34,699 bases of DNA from Pirellulales bacterium (GTDB taxonomy: Bacteria > Planctomycetota > Planctomycetia > Pirellulales > UBA1268). Shown piece after piece: positions 34,011-34,699 of the stretch (positions are counted from its first letter, which is position 1; each line of letters opens with the position of its first letter). The stretch is from positions 1-34,699 of the forward strand of contig JBIIYN010000002.1 in the NCBI GenBank assembly GCA_044346795.1, given 5' to 3'. The notes below the pieces were generated by a model. That model was not told the DNA's origin. It ran no database searches and was given only the letters and a program-made list of their open reading frames with translations. The position numbers and the translations under genes are program-made.

Positions 34011-34699
34011 CTAGCCCGCTTCGCCGGGGGGGGAGCTCTCGCGGGGTGGGTCGTCGAGCAACTTGGCGAAGTTGAACTCGTCGGCCCCGAAGCCGCCGCC
34101 GATCTTGCCCGTGAACCCGAAGTCGTCTCCCGCCGCGGCGGCCTGCTCGGGGGCCGCGGGCGACGGCGCGGCGGGCGGACGCTCGCCGGGTGTGCCCTGC
34201 GGCCTGGCCCGCATGGCTGTCGCGATGCCGGAGAGCCAGGCGGCCGTCGGAAAGGCGTAGGGGCGGAACTTTTCGAGCGTGCCCGTCTCCTCGTGGATGA
34301 AGAGGGCCCGCTGCGGCCCGAGCTTCACGGCCGCGGGGCTGTCGACCAACTGGCTCGAGTCGGCGCCGCTCATCTGGAAGAGCACGCGGAGTTCGAACTC
34401 CTTCAGCGTGCCGCGTTCGAAGGTCCGCTGCAGGTTCGTGAGCGAGTCGCACCAGATGAGCACGTGCACGCCCACCGGCGGCCCGTCCTTGAGGAGCGAC
34501 ACCAGGTTCTGCGCCGGCGTCGCCTTCTGCTCGCCGCCGAACGACGAATAGCCGAAGTCCGACTCGTTGCGCCGCAGCTCGCGGAACCGGGCGAGGTCGC
34601 GGATGATCACGTAGACGGCCTCGCCGTCGAGCACCTGCTCGTCGATCCGTCGCCGCACCTCGTCGGCGAGCCTCTGGACCGCGTCGCCCACGCCCAGCC
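34011..34699 (-). CDS. C-terminal part of an FtsK/SpoIIIE-family (EccC/EssC-like) ATPase, 5'-truncated by the window edge
   Basis: The reading frame is open to the window end. Matches: VYVIIRDLARFRELR and GVHVLIWCDSLTNLQRTF...ELRVLFQMSGADSSQLVDSPAAVKLGPQRALF (pattern GiH.i...Q......v......n...R..l.....dS...l......A..L). A low-complexity A/P/G tail ending DDFGFTGKIGGGFGADEFNFAKLLDD follows. Confidence 0.55.
   Translation of the reverse strand, partial: LGVGDAVQRLADEVRRRIDEQVLDGEAVYVIIRDLARFRELRRNESDFGYSSFGGEQKATPAQNLVSLLKDGPPVGVHVLIWCDSLTNLQRTFERGTLKEFELRVLFQMSGADSSQLVDSPAAVKLGPQRALFIHEETGTLEKFRPYAFPTAAWLSGIATAMRARPQGTPGERPPAAPSPAAPEQAAAAGDDFGFTGKIGGGFGADEFNFAKLLDDPPRESSPPGEAG

Noticed and set aside
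33766-34014. An 82-aa ORF in the HtrA/FtsK convergent spacer.
   Set aside because: It has poor composition and no convincing start context. The nearby AGGAGG serves a frame that closes after 6 codons.
1-34699. A search by eye for tRNA or rRNA genes, CRISPR arrays, IS elements, transposases, integrases, phage genes, and known defence or toxin-antitoxin modules.
   Set aside because: None was found. The intergenic regions are short (about 260 nt or less) and lack cloverleaf-like or regularly spaced repeats. The only mobile-element-like hint is the repeat-bracketed frameshifted gene, reported above.

Overview
This is a very GC-rich window (roughly two-thirds G+C by eye, not computed). Its gene content is typical of a Planctomycetota chromosome, probably Pirellulales-like: a DUF1592/PSD-domain cytochrome next to a DUF1552 partner, a PVC-type heme-binding protein, DUF1570, and many Tat or Sec signals. 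I support 26 protein-coding genes plus one frameshifted gene. I found no rRNA, tRNA, CRISPR array, transposase or integrase.

Layout from left to right:
- 244-6544: a glycan-type block with a Tat-exported Gfo/Idh/MocA oxidoreductase, a YhcH/DUF386 protein, and a 1356-aa secreted double-LamG protein.
- 6612-7152: a frameshifted nucleotidyltransferase-like gene, bracketed by two copies of a ~42-nt intergenic repeat.
- 7363-17745: an exported heme/flavin block with DUF1592, DUF1552, an FAD oxidoreductase, a PVC-type CxxCH protein and a dimethylformamidase-like protein.
- 17958-20203: a winged-helix regulator, a near-consensus promoter with inverted repeats, an 88-aa orphan ORF, and icd.
- 20231-22196: a DUF1570 lipoprotein and a tandem receiver-like protein.
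- 22373-25942: a fragmentary dcw cluster with a MurE-like ligase, murB and an FtsQ-like gene.
- 25934-29833: a minus-strand string of HtrA, a membrane protein, thiL, tsaE and an isochorismatase.
- 30090-33749: a divergent pair, a membrane-anchored Gfo-like protein on one side and cinA-HtrA on the other.
- 34011-34699: the 3' end of an FtsK/SpoIIIE-like gene.

Most long ORFs antisense to these genes are high-GC artefacts. I see no recognisable defence or mobile system. The best second-look candidates are:
- the regulator/operator/orphan-ORF/icd module;
- the MurE-like ligase with a degenerate C-terminal domain, in a truncated dcw cluster beside a pseudo-receiver protein;
- a sigma54-like motif plus intrinsic-terminator pair that would define a ~110-nt candidate sRNA upstream of HtrA;
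- the repeat-bracketed frameshifted gene;
- the function-unknown DUF1592/DUF1552/FAD/PVC-heme exported cluster.

All family calls rest on motif recognition by eye. No searches were run.
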